DNA of 37,874 nt from Catajapyx aquilonaris (taxonomy: Eukaryota). Made by a program: the position numbers and the translations under genes. Location of the stretch: contig JYFJ02003762.1 of assembly GCA_000934665.2 (NCBI GenBank), positions 1 to 37,874 of the forward strand. The letters run 5' to 3'. The notes under the pieces are model-generated. The model had not been told where the DNA came from and ran no database searches. It saw nothing but the letters and a program-made list of their open reading frames with translations. Of this stretch, positions 12,415 to 24,105 are shown one piece after another (position 1 is the stretch's first letter; every line of letters starts with the position of its first letter).

Positions 12415-12729
12415 CTGAAACAAAGTCATTACAACTGTAATTACTGCAGGAACTAGTACATATTTTGAGTCTATTGATATTCTGACTTTTTTTTTCTTTT
12501 TATCAAAATTGTTCAAGCTGAACAAAAATTAGTAAAAACTATGTTCTGGCATTGCATTGGCAAGACAGAACCAGATAATAACAAATATGTATTGTCACAA
12601 GCAGCAGTTCAGATGAATTAAATGCAGTTTTGTGATATCCAAGTGGAATGAGTGTAATGTGCAGCATTTGGGGTCAATCAACAGTTACTGAGGCAAGTAG
12701 GTATGATACTAATAAATTGCCAAAATTGG

Positions 12730-12890
12730 TTACCCTCTGAGAGGCCTGTAGCCTTTCAGTGGATCCCTCTGTTTAAGTACCAGTACAGGTACCTACTTTA
12801 TTACTCAGCTGCACTTCTGATGGATTTAGATTGTGGGCAGAAATGGGAGAATCCTGAGAAAACTTGTATGAACATGGAGAGAATCAGGTA
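12730..12890 (-). mobile_element. Degraded V-domain-like SINE fragment
   Basis: gaaatgggagaatcctgagaaaacttgtatgaacatggagagaa resembles 25890-25935; degenerate tail motif at 12730-12768. Confidence 0.6.
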
Positions 12891-13201
12891 GTGGTACTGA
12901 AGCCCTGCCCATTCCAATGTGTCTCTATTGCATGTACTGTAAATACATCTTCCTGGCATTGGTGGAATTAGTAGGGTTCAGAAATGCAGTCAATGCAATG
13001 GAAGGATTAGACAACAGTGAAAAAAGTCGATGATCAGTTACACACTGGTGCAATAACATGTAGAATCAGATTCAACCAATTTGCATATATAGAGTGAGTA
13101 TTTAAAATCAGTTTTGTTTAATACACACAGGAGCACAGAGCATGTAATTTTTTTGATGCATTAAAAATGTTATTCATTTGAAGCAATATTCCATTACTTA
13201 C

Positions 13202-13542
13202 TCTTCATTTCTCGGAGCTCATCTTGATTTACTTCAAGGGACAGAGTAATGTCCCTCGCAGCTGCTATAAACCTCCCCACCAGATTATCTCGGGCTACTG
13301 CATGCTGGCCATAAGCCAAAATGACCTTAAGAGAGGTACTCATGCGCAGTGAAATTGCATCTCTGAAGGGCTCTATAACTTCCATGTGCCTGCTCGCTGC
13401 CAACTCAAATAACTTGGTCCAATGACTCAGCAACTGGCGAGGGGTGGTGCGGCTCCGGTGAAAAAAGTATGCCAGAGTCCGAGGGTCATTAAGACAGGCA
13501 GCAGCTAGTGTGTCTGGGCCATCAAAGTCACACTCATCAGAT
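13202..13542 (-). CDS. ASB-like protein, penultimate exon
   Basis: Acceptor ttttttcAG (phase 2); open frame SDECDFDGPDTLAAACLNDPRTLAYFFH...NQDELREMK; phase-1 donor GTAAGT. Confidence 0.85.
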
Positions 13543-14812
13543 CTGAAAAAACGAAGTTGCTTGTAATAATTGAAGGCAAAGTAAGAGGGCCATCCTGAAA
13601 TTACATGATTTTTCCATGAAAGATGAGAGGTAGGCTAACAGTGACATTTTATTTTCCAACATAGTTCCCTTAAAAGTTCATACACTTGGTCCAGCATTTC
13701 TCCAATTTCTCAAGCCAACCCCAACAAAAAAATCTTTCTAGAACCATTCCAATACTTTCACAGTCAGAAGGGGCCAGAGTTGGCCAGCAGGGTGGGTGGG
13801 GCAGCAATTGGAAGGAGCATTCCTTCGCAGCAACCATCAATACCCACGTGGTGTGTGCAGGAGCATTGTCTTGCCACAGCAGAACACCTTGCATTAATTT
13901 TTCATGTCTCTTCTTCAGTTCGCCCCTCAACTTGTGGAGCAGGTGGGCTTAGTACTCCCTGTTAATTGTGCACCTATTTAGTAGGAAGTCCACCCTAACC
14001 ACGCCATATGCATCTCAGAAAACACTCATCATCACCTTGGAAGTGCTGCACTCTGAACTTGCCTGGTGGCATATAGTAAGTGTGTTTCCATTGCGTGAAT
14101 CCATATTTGTTTCTGGGCAGAAGTGGGGATTTCAGGTTTCATCCTGCATCACTAAACTTCCCAAAAAGTCATCCTTGCGACCTTGCCATGAAGGAACAAT
14201 GTCAAGTTGTCTCGTGACAGCTCAACTTGAGTAGCCTTTTGTTCAGGTGCGACGCGGCATGGCCGTACACCCAACAGGGAGAGACCTTGCTGAAGCGAAG
14301 GTGTTGATGAAGGATGATATCCACTGCAACCGAACCAGCAATGCCAAGGACCTCTGCTATGTACCACATTGTCAACCTCCTGTCTCTCCATTACTATGGT
14401 CTCCACAACAGAGATGGTTTCCTCAGTCACAGAAGTTGCTGGCCTTTCCCAGCGAGGGTCATCTTCCAGGAGCTCTTGCCCACACTTGAAGCATGCAACC
14501 CATTTCTGAACTATGGTATATCAGGGACAAGCATCACAGATATATTCACATATCTCGTATTCTTGAACATGAAATATTTAATGACAGCAAGCTGCTCAGA
14601 ACTGTCCATGTTGACAACTCAGTGCACTTTGCAATGCTCTTGATTTCTTCCTCCTTTTATAAGCTTGATATCAGGAAGGTAAGGGAATTGGCGGTAAAAG
14701 TTTTTGGCGGTATTAAAGGGAGGCGACCCATGAAATATCATGTGATCATTGCAAGAATGTTTCTACAGGGTGGGTGGGAAGTCCCAGTCCCGCTCACGGT
14801 ATGGCAAAGGTA

Positions 14813-14912
14813 CTATATCGCTCAAAAAGATAGAGACGATTGGCATTTGATTCAAGTGCAAGTTGCAATTGAGTCAAATGCAAAATCGTCTCTATCTTTT
14901 TGGGCGATATAG
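14813..14912. repeat. 100-bp TA-flanked palindrome (mini-MITE)
   Basis: ctatatcgctcaaaaagatagagacgatt...aatcgtctctatctttttgggcgatatag with TA on both sides. Confidence 0.8.
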
Positions 14913-14914
14913 TA

Positions 14915-15607
14915 CAGTGAAACCTGCCCACAACGGACCCTGGATATAGCAGAAACCTATCCATTACGGAATTTTTTACCGGGAACGGGCATTTGACGGA
15001 TATAACGGAACCTGCCCAACGCAGAAACGGAAGGGAGGTTTGGCTCCCTTCAGAGAGAATCCCTGTTCAAAGCGGAAATCAAAAGGTTCGCATCATGTCT
15101 TGGGAGTCACAAAGATAGAAACTACAGCCGGGTTCACTATCAGCAATTCCAGGTGGCCTCTGAGTAACCCTTTTTTGACCACATGTGTCTATAGTAATTT
15201 CTGGAATTGCTATGGCCCGTGGCCTTGAAGATAAAGGGTGGGGAAAGGGGTCTATTTTTGGTTGCAAAACTCGAAAAACGACTTTCGGGAAGGGCCAAGA
15301 AGACTTGACTCGTAGGTGCCTTTTAGTTCACACTTCACAGTTCAGTTCAGTAATGTCGGGGAAGAGGCAGTTGTTGACACGGGTTCGACATATTGCCTAA
15401 GTCCTGGCCGATGGTCCAATGGAGCAGGCAAAATTATGATTTTGCACCACATTGAGGTAAGGTACTTATATTTGCTTTCCCCATTTTCCTCGTTTTTTCG
15501 CAGGCAAAAAAAATTAGTAACGTCCTTGATCTGGTTATAGCGGAAATCTGTCCACAACGGAAAATTTTTGGGGTCCCGTGCGATTCTGCTATGCACAGGT
15601 TTCACTG
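14915..15607. mobile_element. pogo/Tigger-like MITE
   Basis: TA|CAGTGAAACCTG...CAGGTTTCACTG|TA; subterminal ACGGA repeats. Confidence 0.85.
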
Positions 15608-15665
15608 TATAATCATATAATCAGCTTAATTGAAAGTATATACCTTTATTCACCTGAAGAACATA

Positions 15666-16102
15666 CACTGTACTCCCAATTATCAGGGCTAATGAATGCA
15701 AGGGTGTTGCCAGATAATAGGAAAACATGGATAATAATCAGAAAATGGTAAAAAATGAGCTATTCACAGGTTTTTAATGCACTACTGTATAGACTATCAT
15801 AGAGAGGATGCTGCTTGGTTGAATCAAAATAATAAAACTTACCATAGATTTTTACTTCGTCTTCTAGAAAAGTATATTATTTTCTTTGTTGACGTCTACA
15901 TATTGACAGTGGGTGGTATTTTTGTCCCACTGCTAGTTACTGCTAACTTAGCAGTGCCCGAGAGAGTGTTGGCACTGGTTCTGCTAAGTTAGCAGTATCT
16001 AGCAGTGGGACAAAATTTCGACGCATTTTTTGGGACTTTAATTGTATTTTATTTTTTAGCAATGCATGGATAATCCGCACCCGGATAATTGGGAGTACAG
16101 TG
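15666..16102. mobile_element. pogo/Tigger-like MITE with an internal hairpin
   Basis: 19-bp TIR cactgtactcccaattatc, TA TSD; internal palindrome ttttgtcccactgctag...ctagcagtgggacaaaa (~15919-16015). Confidence 0.85.
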
Positions 16103-17519
16103 TATTGTTATTCGTCAAATTGGTCTGTACATGCACCATCATGATCCACACACAAAGTGACATGCTTCCATGTCCTTTGCAACATGATTGTCCCAAAATC
16201 ATGGCATGTGGTGGATTTCTTTTCAAATCTTCTGCATATTGAAGATTTATCTTTGCCCAAAAGACAACATTTTTGGCGCACGAACTGCAGTATATGGCAC
16301 ATTCGTCAGAAAAAATAACGTTTGTGTAGGACCTTTTACTTGTTTATTTGTCTAACAAAACCCGGCCGGATGCAGCATGACGTTCAATATGTGCATCTGA
16401 TAGTTCATTCAGAAACATGTGGTCTCTCATTGTTGACCATGGTATTTGAAGTTCAGCAGCTTGTTTATGAATTGATTTCATAGGGTATTGTTCAGTGTAT
16501 ATTGGCAATAGCAGAACATGTTTCAAGTCGCTTTGACTGTTGTCCACTTTGCGGCATATCTTTCACATTGCCTAATCCAAAAGCATGTTTTTTCCAAGCA
16601 AGAATTTTTGCTTTTCATGGTGGAGACTTCTAAAATCGTATTCGGAAAGTATCACTCACTTGCTTCATTGTTGGACCCATGTGTTGTCGTTTATGCACCC
16701 AAACATTTGTCAGTAACCAACACTGTAACTCTGTAAGGGCTTGTGTCTGCCATTCTGGTGCTTCCTCACTTCAGCTAAATGACTTGCTAATGTGAAGGTG
16801 CAACGTTGCCAATCTAAGAGGCCTCACAGAAACCTCACAGAAATAGGCTATGCTTATGCTGATTAAATGCTGCAGGTGTGCGGGGGGTTTTCGCCCAAGC
16901 TGTATATACATGGTAGCCCATTTTAATGTCTAATATGTATCATATCAAACTCCTTCATGGAAAAGTCGTGTACTTTCAGAACATCCCTCGTATTGTAGGC
17001 ATAAGCAAAGGGTGTACCCTTAATATTGTAAAGTACTATATTGGACAAAAAAATTAGATAATTTGTAATTGAAGTGACATTCAAAATAGTGTCAATCTTT
17101 TTGTCTGATACAGTACATTACCCACACAAAAGGAAGCAAAAAATAATATTTTTTCATGGCCAGCTATGGTATACGGGATAGGTGCTTCTGATAGGGCTTT
17201 GCCAAGTTAGTGATCTTGGGGTAATTGGTAACTGTCCACTTTGTTCTTGCTTGTGAGGGAACTAGTGTCAAAGGTACCTAATTTTGTACATGATTCTCTA
17301 TAAGATATGATCCACTCCTCCAGCATCTACATGTGTGGAAAAATTATAATCATGAGCATTTTTCATAAAATTCCACATATTTCATCAATCCAACCCTGGT
17401 CAAAGAATCTCTCTTGAAAAATATGCAAATAATTAATAAAAAAGCAATCCTGTTAGTCCAAAAATGAGTGCAATTTCCAGGGAAATCCTGGAAGGAGTAG
17501 GGAAGAGAGACATCACAAA

Positions 17520-17755
17520 AGTCGGGAGGGCGAGTAGTGGACGGGGGCAGTGGCTGTGTCGCATACACAAGGATGCAAGTATTGATTTTTTGGATTTGGG
17601 AAGGGGTATGCTGACCAACCTAACCTAACCTTCCTTCCTTGTGGATACAGACCTATCTTCAGCGGATACACACCTATCCTTCAGCCTGCCTGCTCCGTTT
17701 TTGCGACACAGCCAGCCACCACCAGTTGTCTGTGGTGGCGAGTTAACCTACTCTA
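17520..17755. mobile_element. Possible Helentron-like non-autonomous element
   Basis: Sub-terminal inverted repeat ggctgtgtcgca/tgcgacacagcc, (AACCT)n tract and a terminal hairpin gccaccac...gtggtggc. Confidence 0.45.
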
Positions 17756-17780
17756 GCCGAAATCCTGACTCTCAATACTT

Positions 17781-18125
17781 TATTTTTATATTTTTATATT
17801 TTTATATTTATTTTATTTTATTTACCCCGTGATACAACTACTTGGTCGTTATAGGGGAGTGGCAGACCACCATACAGTTTTCTAATTGTTTTTACTTCGA
17901 TCACCGGTGCAAGGATTAATAGGAAATAGGGTAAGGGTTGGGGATTTGGGGAGGGGACACATGTGCAGGTGCAGTCCCCCAGGTCAGGTTGCCAAGACGC
18001 CTCCTTAGGCACGGGTCACGACCCATTGACGCAAGCGAAAGGTTTGTTCTCGGGTGGGGATTTGAACCCGGGACCTTTCGCATAGCAAGCCGAGACGTTA
18101 CCATCTCGGCCACCATGCCTCCCCC
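17781..18125 (-). mobile_element. tRNA-derived SINE family A (variant)
   Basis: A/B boxes on the - strand; 14-bp TSD gactctcaatactt (17767-17780, 18126-18139); (TAAAA)n-like tail. Confidence 0.92.
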
Positions 18126-18480
18126 GACTCTCAATACTTAGATGTACAGCAAATTACTGCCCCATTATGCAACACATCCAAATATTCCTTCAATAATGCC
18201 TCAAGTAATGGGTAGTTCAAGCGGTAGGGGAGACCGGGGCACGATGGCTACAGGGGTACGATGGCACAGTCAAATTCGAGAAGAGGATATTAGGTTCACG
18301 GACTTGATCCTTATATGGCAGGTGCAGATAGACATGCTCCACATTACTTCCTATTTTAAATTCAATCGCAAAAGATTATAGGAGACAGTATCGATTTTTT
18401 GGGTTTTCGACTGTCTGAGTAAATTTATATTTTTCATGAGGTTTAATTTTTTCGTCCAATGTAAGTCACTGAGCCCAATA

Positions 18481-18824
18481 TATGTATTTTTTAAATATTT
18501 ACTTTACTCCGTGATACAACTACAAGCCGTTATAGGGGCGTGGCACACAACCATCAGTTTTCTAGTGTTTGTAACTTTTCTTCTCTCACCGATGCAAGGA
18601 AACAAGGACATAGGGTAAGGATAGGGATTTTTGGGGAGGGAACATGGGTGCAAGTGCAATATCTGAAAAGGGGTCATGTGCTATTCCCCAGGTGGTTAGG
18701 TTGCCACACACCTCCGAAGCGCAGGTCAGAGACCCTTCCGACGCAGGTGAAAGGGAAATCCCAGGCGGGGATCGAACCTGGGACCTTTCACTCAGCAAGT
18801 CGAGACCACCACACCTCCCCCACG
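18481..18824 (-). mobile_element. tRNA-derived SINE family A
   Basis: B box GGTTCGATCCC; TSD gagcccaata (18471-18480, 18825-18834); inserted in an older repeat carrying ggggcacgatggc-type motifs (~18225-19040). Confidence 0.9.
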
Positions 18825-19303
18825 GAGCCCAATAATGCTTTTGCAAGGCAGAATATCTGCCTACAAAATGACAGCATAAATGGTCATTTAATATTTGTCT
18901 CTCAAGAGGAGGACTCGAAAGATTTTAAAATGCCTACGGGGCATGATGGCACATTTTGCTTGGGGCACGTTGGCACATGTTCCTACCAGCTTTGGAGGAC
19001 CATGGCAAACCATGGCAGCCTCGACTGCCTTTCCCCTGTCACTGATTAGGCCGGGCACATTCACATTTCCCAGTTGCTGGCTACTTGCTCCTTCGCTGGA
19101 GGGCACGCTATATGTTATCCTGCAGGCTAAAAGTTCTGAATATCTTGTATCATCTTTGTAATCTCTTGTAACTATATGGATATGATTCGATATAAATGTG
19201 TGTGCAAGTAATTTTTCTATTATTTCAGAGACCCTACAATAATGTACAATAAATAGTTAAGTATTTATATTTTACACATACACACTCTACTGTACTCTAT
19301 TTA

Positions 19304-21197
19304 GGCTAATTCCACGCGTGACTTACACGACATGACACTCAGTTTATGCCAAACTTTTAATTTTTTAAACCACAAACGTAGCATTTAAGGAAAGGGTGTT
19401 TAGACCTAAATATGCACTTTGTATCTAAGTGTTAATTAATGTTTTGATTTTAACAGTTGCACATTTCATTTGAGTTATATAAATATATAAAGGAATGTGT
19501 GACTTACACGACAAGAAAGCCACTGGTAACGAAGGCTTCAGATATGAATGTAAAATTCTTCACAGTTATGACTTAATTGTTAGTGTTATTGTAGGGAAGA
19601 TATTTTCAAAGACCCAAATTAAAATAATATTATGTGAACTTGGTGTTATGTTATTAATTTTACAAGAAATAATTTTTTTTCTTTTGTGACTTACACGACA
19701 CTCGAAACGTGACTTACACGACACTTTTGTCCTCATTGCTTTCTAATCAGATTTATGAGAAGGATTTTAGATTTTTAGGACAGAAACAAAGTAATCTCTC
19801 TTATTACATGTTATTTTATTCAAACATTTAAATGATAGGCCTAGATGAGAATGTGCAGGGCAACAATTCTTATAATCAACATTATTTTGAACGTGCATAA
19901 TGCATGTATAATGTGTGTACCTGAGCAGACAGCAGTGGATTCATTGCATTGCCATGTGAGATGGCCAGGTGTGATACCTGATGGTCATCGCTGGCCACCC
20001 TGTCATGGAATACAATGAATACGTGAAGGCGGAATGTGTATGTAGGGTACTACAATGAATGTAGTCCATATGTGTGTATAAAATGGTCTATAAATTGGAA
20101 TAACTTGCCCAACAAAGCATGTAGTGAGTTCTGTCCATTACATTTGCAGTCAAGTTAAAAATAAACAATATAAAACGCAAGAATGGAAGCATTGGAAATA
20201 AGAGAATATTCTAGTTCACAATGTCCAAGTGTACTGAAATAATGAGATTTTCTTAGTCAGGATAATAAACAACTTCTTTTCTAGTAGGAGTTCACATTTC
20301 ATCAAGCGTAGCTATTCTTAATTCAATGTCCTTCGATTCAATGAATATAATATTAATATTTGGATAAACTCTATGGGCAACTTCTGCAAATTCTCCAGCT
20401 GCCTTTGGATCAAACTGTCTGGCATTGATGGCTTCTCAAACTCTACATTTTATCTTCAAAGCGTCTCTCATACTAAAAGTCACAATTTTTTAAAAAATTA
20501 CACCTGTATTTGTGCCTTTCCAATGCACTTATCTAGGACAGCTCTTACTTCTCTTCTTGCTTTAACTATGATATTTGCTTTTTCTTCCATTCCACTACTG
20601 TAAGTGGCATTTTAACAGCCAGGAAACAATAGTGACAGTGGCATCCAAGCCGAAGTGTGACTTACACGACAAGAATTAAATGGCCATAATAATGTTCAGG
20701 CAAAAATTACCTCAAAATTATTACTATTATTTGAAGGGTCCTACTGTGTAGTGAGAAGGTAATTAATATCAACTTTTAGATTTTGGTACTATAGCTAAAA
20801 ATTTAAAAAAGGTCTAAAAACTGTGACTTACACGACACACAAAGATGGTATTTAAACTTGCTAAGTTTTATGCTGAATAAGTCATTGCAATGGAAAGATA
20901 AATATATAGTACATTCATCCAGTTCTTATGAGATAGAAATCACAGTTTACTGCATGAAAAACACTAGATTACTTGTTGAATTATGAAGATTTTTATGGAG
21001 ACTTAGAACAAAAAAATTTGCACACCCGCCATATTGGAAATAAACAGTGTTTTTAACTTGAATGTATGCGAAAATTCTCTAATATCTGTTGAAAAATAAA
21101 AAATACACAATCTCAGCTTTCAGAAAATACCTTAATATCATAGAAATTATTTATTTTAAAATCTGACCCTGATGTATACTTTTGCATGGAATTAGCC
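19304..21197. mobile_element. Non-autonomous/decayed DNA transposon with GG termini and internal GTGACTTACACGAC motifs
   Basis: TIR ggctaattcca(c/t)gc, T/A-rich 3-bp flanks (tta/ttt); six copies of gtgacttacacgac (~19318, 19499, 19687, 19709, 20657, 20823); stop-riddled coding-like relic on the - strand at ~20230-20600. Confidence 0.78.
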
Positions 21198-21543
21198 TTT
21201 ACAATTTAACTAAGGCAATACGAAACAAATGCGTCGTGCAATACAGTATTTGATGAGAAAACAGATTTATTGCAGGCGTAGGACTGTGTGATATGCTGAG
21301 GAGTCGGATAATCAGAGGTTGGATAATCTGGGTTCTACTGTACTAAAATGTTTTAATTCTTCTACAGTCCTTTAAGCAAAATAATGATCTGACATCACAC
21401 CAGCCATCTTTGCTGAGCATGCGCAGTAGTATGTTTGCAGAGCGATTTGGGGACATGAGAGGAGGGAAGATCTGCGTGGAGGCAGGGCTGAACGTGATGT
21501 TGGATCGTTCTTGCATTTAACGGACTGTAGCTTATTTACTAAC

Positions 21544-22068
21544 CTTATCCTGTAATCTGGATCTAGACCGTAACTCATCAGTATTTCCAGCATCATGAGA
21601 TGTTGTTGATCCTCCAGCCTCCGGCTGGCTGGCAATCCAAGATAATAAACCAATGGAGCACTTGCATTGCACGCCTTTGGATTGACCTCTGCACCAGCAC
21701 CAAGCAACATTTTTAGCAGCTCCATAAACTTATCACCCCAACGGGTATGATTGGCAAGCAGTATAGCCAAGGGAGTGTCCAATTCGTAGGTTGCTAGCTG
21801 AATTTGGGGGGCCCTAAATAAATTGGGAAATGGCTCCGACCACGAACTCTCTAGTTCAGGGAGGTGGACAGCCACAGTATTAAATGAACTCATAGACATT
21901 CGGTAGTTGCTGCCACATGGGATAGGCTGTTTTGGAAGCACAAGTAACTGCGGCTTCTGGGTGCAGGCTATGCACAAAGCATCTGCAATATTTTGGGAGC
22001 CTGACACATTTACAAACAGTGAAGCTGTTTCAGCTGCACAGGATTGATTCATAAGCAGTTTGACCATC
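21544..22068 (-). CDS. ASB-like protein, large exon
   Basis: Acceptor ttcttacAG; MVKLLMNQ...DTPLAILLANH...LLKMLLGAGAEVN...LEILMSYGLDPDYRI (degenerate ankyrin repeats); phase-2 donor GTTAGT. Confidence 0.88.
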
Positions 22069-22599
22069 CTGTAAGAAAAAAAAGAGTCAGTCAGTCAGTC
22101 AGTCTCTCTCTCTCATGAACAGTCTTGAATCATACTGTGATTTATTGTGTGAAACAAAAAATATGAACAATCCTTGATTTACACAGCTCTCTTATATGTA
22201 AAAATTTCCAGCATGCACAATATCTGGTTACATAAAATGCTGCCACTTGTGTGAAACCATGTTAAATTGTGGTGCAAACTATTTTCAAGAGCTACCTATC
22301 CTCTTTGCTACCCTTACCGATTTTCCATATGATCATTAACCCCTTCACTATCAGCTATACCGCCATCGCGCATATTTTTGCGTACATGGAATCTGAAGAT
22401 AAGGACAAGATATTTCACATAATTATAATAACAGCAAAACTTACATGTTCATGCTCTACACCAGTTGGATAGCGCCCCCCCCCCTCCACCCCCCGAGTAT
22501 TTGTAGAAGATTAATGTAGTGTAGTCATATTAAAACATGTAACTGTTTAAAAACCTATCGTGGTGCAACTTCTTATCAAATATATTGCAAGTAAAAGTG

Positions 22600-22656
22600 A
22601 CCGCAGCCACAGCGCGACCCCCTTGGGGGTCGCGACCCACAGGTTGAGAACTACTG
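22600..22656 (+). mobile_element. 3' end of a hAT/Charlie-like MITE
   Basis: gcgacccccttgggggtcgcgacccacaggttgagaactactg, a typical Charlie-type terminus; the partner end was not found. Confidence 0.6.
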
Positions 22657-22794
22657 CTCTACACTATGAATGTGTAGGAAACAATTTTCACTCGTCCCTA
22701 AATTAATTTTCAAAAGTAAAAACTTGAAATTCACGTACTACTGGCCAACTGTTAAGCTGATTATGAAATACGTTATAATATACAGAATGTATAC

Positions 22795-22907
22795 CTTGTG
22801 AACTGTGCCAGACGAATTTGCTGAAATTGTTGTACTTTGCAGGAATTAAATATATTTGGGAGTTTTCTGAAATGACAGGCAAGCTGCAGAGGAGTATTAG
22901 TTAAATT
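22795..22907 (-). CDS. ASB-like protein, probable internal exon
   Basis: Acceptor ttcttgtacttcaccAG; NLTNTPLQLACHFRKLPNIFNSCKVQQFQQIRLAQFT(R) has an ankyrin-like TPLQLAC. Phase-2 donor GTATAC matches the phase-2 acceptor at 22068. Confidence 0.7.
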
Positions 22908-22963
22908 CTGGTGAAGTACAAGAATTTCAGCAAATTTGTCTCGCACAGTTCTCAAGGTAGATA

Positions 22964-23970
22964 TCTATATCTATAAATAAGGAAGTTTGTCAGTTTGGAT
23001 GTTTGTCCCTTATAGAAATCCAGGGGAAGGCCCCTACACCGCCTTAAATTAGCATATCGGGGGTTACATTTTTCAAGGAATTTAATGCCGCATGTTTCAG
23101 CTTCCGAAAATGTACCTAACTCCCACAACACGCGTATTCCTGCCTCAACAATTAGCTTACACCAATAACAATAAATCAATTTGCATTCCCATGGAAATGC
23201 CTCTCTTTTTTAGCTATTTACCTCCCTGCATCGTACCGCAGGGAGGGAACCTTTATTTCGTCTTGATGGAACCTTTTTGACGTAGTGCCCGGGCCCACGG
23301 GCAGGGTGACTGGGAGGGGATGTGCAAGGTGCAATTGCAATTCTCAAACGGTATATTTTGTGAACTCATGAGGAGATTACACCCTAAACGAAGCCAGAGA
23401 CGACCCAACTCTGCACGGGATGAAGGAGGGAACCCCGGGCTGGGATCAAACCCGGGACCTTAACATCCGTGGGAGCATACGTTTCCGCAGCGCCACTTCG
23501 TCTCCCCTAGGAAATGTCCTTATGCCACAACACCTAGCAAATTAAACCATCTCCGTAAATTCAGCGCATCCGCCAATTACGCTAATTCGCCACCTCACGT
23601 GACTTCGTATCTTATGGTAATTCTGGGATTTTGTGGGATTTGAAAATAGACTTCCAGACAAAAGTAAATACAATGAAATACTACAGTATTTGCTAAATAT
23701 TACTCCGGGTTGAAAACAAAATTTCCCATCATACATCTGTACGTGCATTTCTAAAGTTCTTCAGAGCAAACATAGTATGGAACGAGGTGGGGGTGTGAAG
23801 TGCGGTTGGGGGGGGGGGGNAACTCCATCCGCATTCCTCTTTTTACACATCCAATCAGAATATCCGTGTCGACTGTACGCTATAAAACAAGCAGGTAATC
23901 TATCACAGATATGTACCCCTATCTATACCAGCACCCCAACATACCCGGGCAACGCCGGGTAACCTGCTAG
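22964..23970 (+). mobile_element. Non-autonomous Helitron carrying a SINE
   Basis: A|TC 5' end (tctatatctataaataag), 3' hairpin acccgg-gcaacg-ccgggt (23943-23960) then CTAG|T, no TSD. Confidence 0.87.
23205..23507 (-). mobile_element. tRNA-derived SINE family B (nested in the Helitron)
   Basis: Head gtggcgctgcggaaacg...gggtttgatcccagcccgggg; homologous to 27684-27925. Confidence 0.82.
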
Positions 23971-24105
23971 TTCAGTATATTTTAACACATTTCATAATTA
24001 CAGTACATAGTATAAATCAGCCTAACAGTTGGCTGGTAGTACTTGAATTTAAAGTTTTTAGAGTGATCTCTTTGGAAATTAACATAGGGATGATATGAAG
24101 AAATA

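Larger units (their letters stand above)
14766..16902 (-). mobile_element. Decayed Tc1/mariner-superfamily element nested in the mariner
   Basis: TA|CAGGGTG left end with a degenerate right end; - strand remnants SIHKQAAELQIPWSTMRDHM and FFSDECAIY at 16100-16620. Confidence 0.6.
13584..16990 (-). mobile_element. Decayed mariner (DD34D) element expanded by nested insertions
   Basis: Matching degenerate TIRs (agagggccatcctgaaattacatgatttttccatgaa vs cgagggatgttctgaaagtacacgacttttccatgaa), TA flanks; transposase remnants QDNAPAHT...LLPHPPCWPTLAPSD at 13670-14600. Confidence 0.82.

Noticed and set aside
21372..21543. C-terminal extension of the 231-aa ORF as the end of the gene
   Set aside because: A good GTTAGT donor at 21543 links in phase to downstream exons ending in a SOCS box.
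23805..23825. G-run containing an N
   Set aside because: Ambiguous base in a homopolymer; a sequencing or assembly issue rather than a feature.
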